Part shown: positions 59,046 through 64,000 of the stretch, piece after piece
Layout: each line of letters opens with the position of its first letter
How positions within the stretch are numbered: the first letter of the stretch is position 1
Assembly: GCF_009914755.1 (NCBI RefSeq)
Contig: NC_060932.1
DNA length: 64,000 bases
DNA from: the human T2T-CHM13v2.0 reference genome, Homo sapiens
Direction: 5' to 3' (one strand)
Position numbers and translations under genes: made by a program
Notes under the pieces: generated by a model
The model's input: only the letters and a program-made list of their open reading frames with translations
The model's database searches: none
What the model was told of the DNA's origin: nothing

Positions 59046-59669
59046 TGAGTAGCTGGAATTATAGGCGCCCGCCACCATGTCCGGCTAATTTTTTTTTCTT
59101 TTCTTTTCTTTTTTTTTTTCTGAGAGAGAGTCTCTCTCTGTTGCTTAGGCTGAAGTGCAGTAGTGTGATCTCAACTCACTGCAACCTCTGCCTCCTGGGT
59201 TGAAACAATTCTCTTGCTTCAGCCTCCCGAGTAGCCAGGACCACAGGTGCATGCCTCCATGTCTGGCTAATTTTTTGTATTTTAGTAGAGATAGGGTTTC
59301 ACCATGTTTCCCAGGCTCGTCTTGAACTCCTGAGCTCAGGAGATCTGCCCGCCTCAGCCTCCCAAAGTGCTGGGATTACAGGCACAAGCCACCGTGCCCA
59401 GCCAGATGTGTATAATTTTTAGTGGTTGCATGAAATCTCATCTTACACATAAGTCTGTACATCTGATTTTTTTAGGCCATGTACTTGGAAGTAGAATTAC
59501 TTAATGGAAGGGCTGAACATTCTAAATCCTTTTAATATATATCTAATATAATATGATAGTTAACTGTATCTTGACAAATTACCCTGTAGAAGATTTATTC
59601 AGTTTCTTTTCCCACCAGCTATGTACAACCACTGGGTGTTATCGGGCTTGTAAATCTTTGCTCCTCTGA

Positions 59670-60460
59670 CCATTTCATTCATTGCTTCAGTGTATACTTA
59701 CTGAGCTCCAGTTATGAACCAGAGTCTTAGGACCTATCAGATAGCAAAACAAAGATCCCTCCCCTCACAGAGCCTCTGTTGTTACCAGGGGAGATGAACA
59801 GTAAATAATAAATGTAATAAATAAATTGTATAGTGTAATAAAAGCGATAAGAGCCATGGAAAAAAGAAAAAGAGCACACGGTCAGGGCAATCAGAAGTAG
59901 TGGGGCAGGGGGCGGAGAATTGCAGTTTTAAGTGGAGTGGTCAAGCTCATTTGAGCAAACGCTTGAAAGAGGTAAGAGGTTAGCCAGGTGAAGGGAGAAG
60001 AAGCTTTTGGCATGTGGACAGCTCAGGCACAGACCTTAAGACAGAAACAGGCCTGGTGCAGGCACATGCAGGGTGGCTAGAGCCGAGTGAGCAAGCAGGG
60101 TGATGGAGGGGCAGAGCAAATGGAGGAGCTGATTACACAGGGCTTTGTAGGGCTTTTGTGAGGGTTTTAACTTTCACTGTGAGTGAAATGCAGGACTTTG
60201 AGCAGTGCACGGGCAAGACCCAACTTGGACTGTTGAAAGGATCCCTGTTGTTGCTGTGTGGAGAATAGACTTGGCTGACTGAGGATGGAAGTGGGAACAC
60301 CAGTCAAGAGGCTGTGGTAATCCAGTGGAGCCATGAGGATGGTAGCGATGGAGGTGGTAAGGAGTCAGATTCTGGACATCTGTATTTTGAAAGTGGCACT
60401 TAAGTGGATTTCCTGAGTGCATGTGGGATAAGAGAAAGAGAAGCTGAAGATGCCTTGAAC
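59670..60460 (-). mobile_element. L2 LINE
   Basis: Reverse-complement L2 3' end 'cattcattgcttcagtgtatacttactgagc' and L2 body 'gagtcagattctggacatctgtattttgaaag'. Confidence 0.7.
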
Positions 60461-60564
60461 TTTTTTATAATTATTCTGTATCTCCTAGACTGTCAGCTCC
60501 TCTGGCAGAGGCCGTGTCTTTTTTGCTCACCCTGTACACTTAGACTTAATATAGGGCTTAGCAC

Positions 60565-60953
60565 TGTCAAAGGACACAATTATTGGCTTTTATTTGGAGT
60601 TCATGAATTGGGTAACACCTTGAGGGTTCTGATGAGCTGAGCAGCGGAGGTTGGCTTTATAGACAGAAAAGGGCCAGAGAATCAGAAACAGAACAAAAAG
60701 GAGATTGGTCGTTTGTTACTTTCCTTGTAAAGGTTAAAGCAGAGGGGACATCTTTATCATACTAAAACTGGCCTGTTTGGGGATTTGGCTATTATGTGTC
60801 TCTCCTGATTTCTCAGAAAGTCAGATAAAGATCTTAGTTTCTATTTGGTGGCATGGAACTTCAGCATGAGTAACTCCATTTTTGGTTTGCTCTGTTGGGC
60901 CTAGTGCAGGAGCCCAGTCCAAGCCAATAGCCTCCTGTAAGTTTTATTTAATT
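60565..60953 (-). mobile_element. ERV1 solo LTR (MER31/MER67 family), inserted in an L2 tail
   Basis: 'gcatgagtaactccatttttggtttg...gggcctagtgcaggagcccagtccaagccaatagcctcctgtaagttttatttaa' is the reverse complement of the MER31/67 LTR start. Confidence 0.65.
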
Positions 60954-61311
60954 GTACACAGTAAATGTTCAAGAATATTTATTAAATAAAAGTATATGTC
61001 TTCAAATCGGCTATTTCTTTTTTTGCAGTTTCTGCCTTTGCTTTTATATATTTATTTTTCTTGCATGTACTTTCAGTGAATGCCTTTGCTTTTCTGCTTA
61101 GAAAGGTCTGCTTGGCCAGGGATGGTCTGGTTCATGGCTATAATCCAGCGCTTTGGGAGGCCAAGGTGGGAGGACTGCTTGAGGCCAGGGGTTCAAGGCT
61201 GCAATGTGCTATGGTAGTGCTACTGTACTCCAGCCTAGGCAAGCAAGTGAGACCCTGTCTTCAAAAAAACAGAACTAGTTTTTATTTTCCATTTTTTTTT
61301 GTCTTTTTTGA

Positions 61312-61611
<300 letters not shown>

Positions 61612-62184
61612 TGATATGAAGTTGGGATTATCATGGTTGTCTCTGTACTATTATACAATTATTGAAAAACATTCTTTTTTTCCACAGATTCAAATCACTG
61701 CCTTATATGCTAAAATACCTGGATTTATTTCTGAACTTTCAGTTTGAGCTATTGGTCCAAACTAATGTGATTCTATCTAAAATACTGTACTTTTTTTGGT
61801 TTTTGATATTTGTCAGAATTTTATTTTCAGAATTTTCATGGTGAATGTCACCCACATACTCTTTCATTTGATCCTTTGAATAATTTAGTGAAAATAAGAA
61901 AAAAGTTGTTTAGCATTTTGATGGGCATTGACTAGGGAGAATGTTCACTTAGTCTTCCTGTTGAAAAATATGGCATGTCTTTCCATTTATTGAAATTTAT
62001 TTTGTTTTGGCCAGATGCGGTGGCTCACCTCTGTAATCCTGACATTTTGGGAGGCCGAGGCGGGAGGATCAGTTGAGGTCAGCAGTTCAAGACCAGCCTG
62101 GCCAACATGGTGAAACCCTGTCTCTGCTAAAAATACAAAAATTAGCCAGGCGTGGTGGCACACGCCTGTAATTCCAGCTACTTA

Positions 62185-62373
<189 letters not shown>

Positions 62374-62850
62374 TCATGAAGTCAGGCGATCGAGACCATC
62401 CTGGCCAACACGGTGAAACCCCGTCTCTACTAAAAATACAAAAAATTAGCCGGGCGTGATGGCGGGCACCTGTAGTCCCAGCTACTCAGGAGGATGAGGC
62501 AGGAGATTGGCGTGAACCCAGGAGGCGGAGCTTGCAGTGAGCCGAGATTGTGCCAGTGCACTCCAGCCTGGGCGACAGAGTGAGCAAGACTCTGTCTCAA
62601 AAAAAAAAAAAAAAAAAAAAAAGAAAAACATCAGTTGGCATTTTGATGGTCATTGACTAGGGAGACTGTTCAATGAGTCCTATTGAAAAATATGGCATGT
62701 CTTTCCATATTTATTGAAATGTATTTTGTTTTGGCCAGGCACAGTGGCTCATGCCTGTCATCCCAGGACTTTGGGAGGCCGAGGCAGGCGGATCACTTGA
62801 GGTCAGGAAGTTGAGACCAGTCTAGCCAACATGGTGAAATCCCATCTCTA

Positions 62851-63147
<297 letters not shown>

Positions 63148-64000
63148 TCATTTCATGGCCCAGACTGAAGTGCAGTGGCTATTCACAGGCATGATCATTG
63201 CTCACTGCAGCCTTGAATTCTTGGGCTCAAGTGATCTTTCTGCCTCAGCTTCCTGAGTAACTGGGGCTACAGGCTTGTGCCACTATGCTCAGCTTTTTTT
63301 TTTTCTAAGTACGTAATTTTATATGTACTTACCACTAATTTAAGCTCAAATTCACACCGAGTTGTGTAATCCCTTCACTATACATTGAAAACACTAGGTA
63401 TTTTGTCAGTTTCATTCCCCTCCCGTCCAAATACCACATTTTTGGGGTGATCTAGATCTAGCTTTGAGAACCTCTTCTCCAAGATAGTGAGAAGGCCTGT
63501 GTCAGGCATTACCCCGTTATGTCACACATGGACCCTCTCAGTGTAGCTGCTCAGCCCCGAGAGCATGTCCATGTCTGTCAGGGAGCTCTGCAGGCTGTCC
63601 TCCCTTGTCCCCTGCAGCTGTTACTGGCTTGGTGTTCTACCACCTTCGTTCCCTGTTCTTATGGATCACTGGAAACCACGGAAGAGCATTTATTTTCCTG
63701 GAGGTGAGAAGAGCTCGGTGTTTAAAAATGTAACAGCTTTTCTTTTCATCACCCAGGAATGGTTTGCATACTTCTAAAGGGTAGTAAGTCAACTAAGGTT
63801 TACAAAATAAGGTTACTTTCTTACATCACTTGTAAGTTCTCAATTGATTTAATGAGCCATTCCTACTGAATTCAATACCATCTTAGAAATGTCTGTTAGA
63901 ATCTGATCGGCTTCAGTTCGGCTGGTTGCTCTCCCGGCTGGCTGAACCATCACTGTCTTGGGGTTCCTCTTCCCTTCTTTTTTTTTTTTTTTTGTTGTTG

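Overview
Human genomic DNA, recognisable as the 8p21.3 PHYHIP-MIR320A-POLR3D-PIWIL2 region. It contains: (i) probably the 5' flank/promoter of PHYHIP on the minus strand at the window start (synteny-based, no PHYHIP coding exon seen); (ii) MIR320A (minus strand, 12916-12997) back-to-back with the POLR3D CpG-island promoter; (iii) the complete POLR3D gene (RNA polymerase III subunit RPC4; 9 exons, 8 coding, CDS 1197 nt = 398 aa, all junctions GT-AG and phase-consistent); (iv) PIWIL2 exons 1-10 (CDS 1181 nt in window, gene runs off the right end). The rest is about 70 Alu copies/fragments plus MIR, L2, L1, MaLR/ERVL/ERV1 LTRs, DNA transposons (MER1A, MER2, MER44, MER53, MER5) and a decayed ERV-L pol. 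Almost all entries in the ORF track are Alu-derived or GC-island noise. I see no wholly new biological system. The best leads, all inferences that need testing, are: a TATA-like box exactly 30 nt upstream of the miR-320a 5p arm; a ~200-bp local duplication of the sequence just downstream of MIR320A; a 109-codon spliced overlapping uORF in POLR3D; a MIR-donated POLR3D poly(A) signal; and a recursive-type CAG|GTAATT junction at the PIWIL2 start-codon exon. Repeat family names are from recalled consensus sequences, not a database search, and repeat boundaries are approximate.
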